Below, one piece after another: positions 36,447 through 36,450 of a DNA stretch of 36,450 nucleotides. The stretch covers positions 1-36,450 of the IMG/VR virus record IMGVR_UViG_3300020045_011376; one strand, given 5' to 3'. The translations under genes and the position numbers were made by a program. Positions within the stretch are counted from its first letter, which is position 1; each line of letters begins with the position of its first letter. The DNA comes from a virus (taxonomy: Duplodnaviria; Caudoviricetes). Below the pieces are notes generated by a model. It worked only from the letters and a program-made list of their open reading frames with translations, had not been told where the DNA came from and did no database searches.

Positions 36447-36450
36447 TGAG
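36330..36450. repeat. Terminal direct repeat, right copy
   Basis: Identical to 1-121. Confidence 0.95.

Overview
This window is an apparently complete, circularly assembled ~36.3 kb tailed dsDNA phage genome of siphovirus type; positions 1-121 are identical to 36330-36450. The minus strand carries one long late region in this order: ParB-like protein, Dam-like methylase, TerS, TerL, portal, two neck-like paralogs, scaffold, capsid, decoration protein, adaptor, tail terminator, tail tube, frameshifting chaperone, tape measure, tail tip, four fibre/receptor-binding genes and an SLT endolysin. Two secreted host-type cargo genes follow: a Zn-metalloprotease fused to a ricin-B lectin, and a di-heme c DUF1111-like protein. 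The early region holds a lambda-O-like initiator with internal iterons, stand-alone AraC and AP2 DNA-binding domains, many small ORFs, and a divergent RHH-Bet-HTH operon. I could not recognise an integrase, CI repressor, ParA or exonuclease. The most striking unexplained signal is a ~550 nt ORF-free region (about 28230-28790) with more than ten hand-identified helices and several long-range pseudoknot-like pairings. It looks like a large structured non-coding RNA on the + strand, followed by a co-oriented small protein gene. All family assignments are by motif recognition and gene order; no database search was run.
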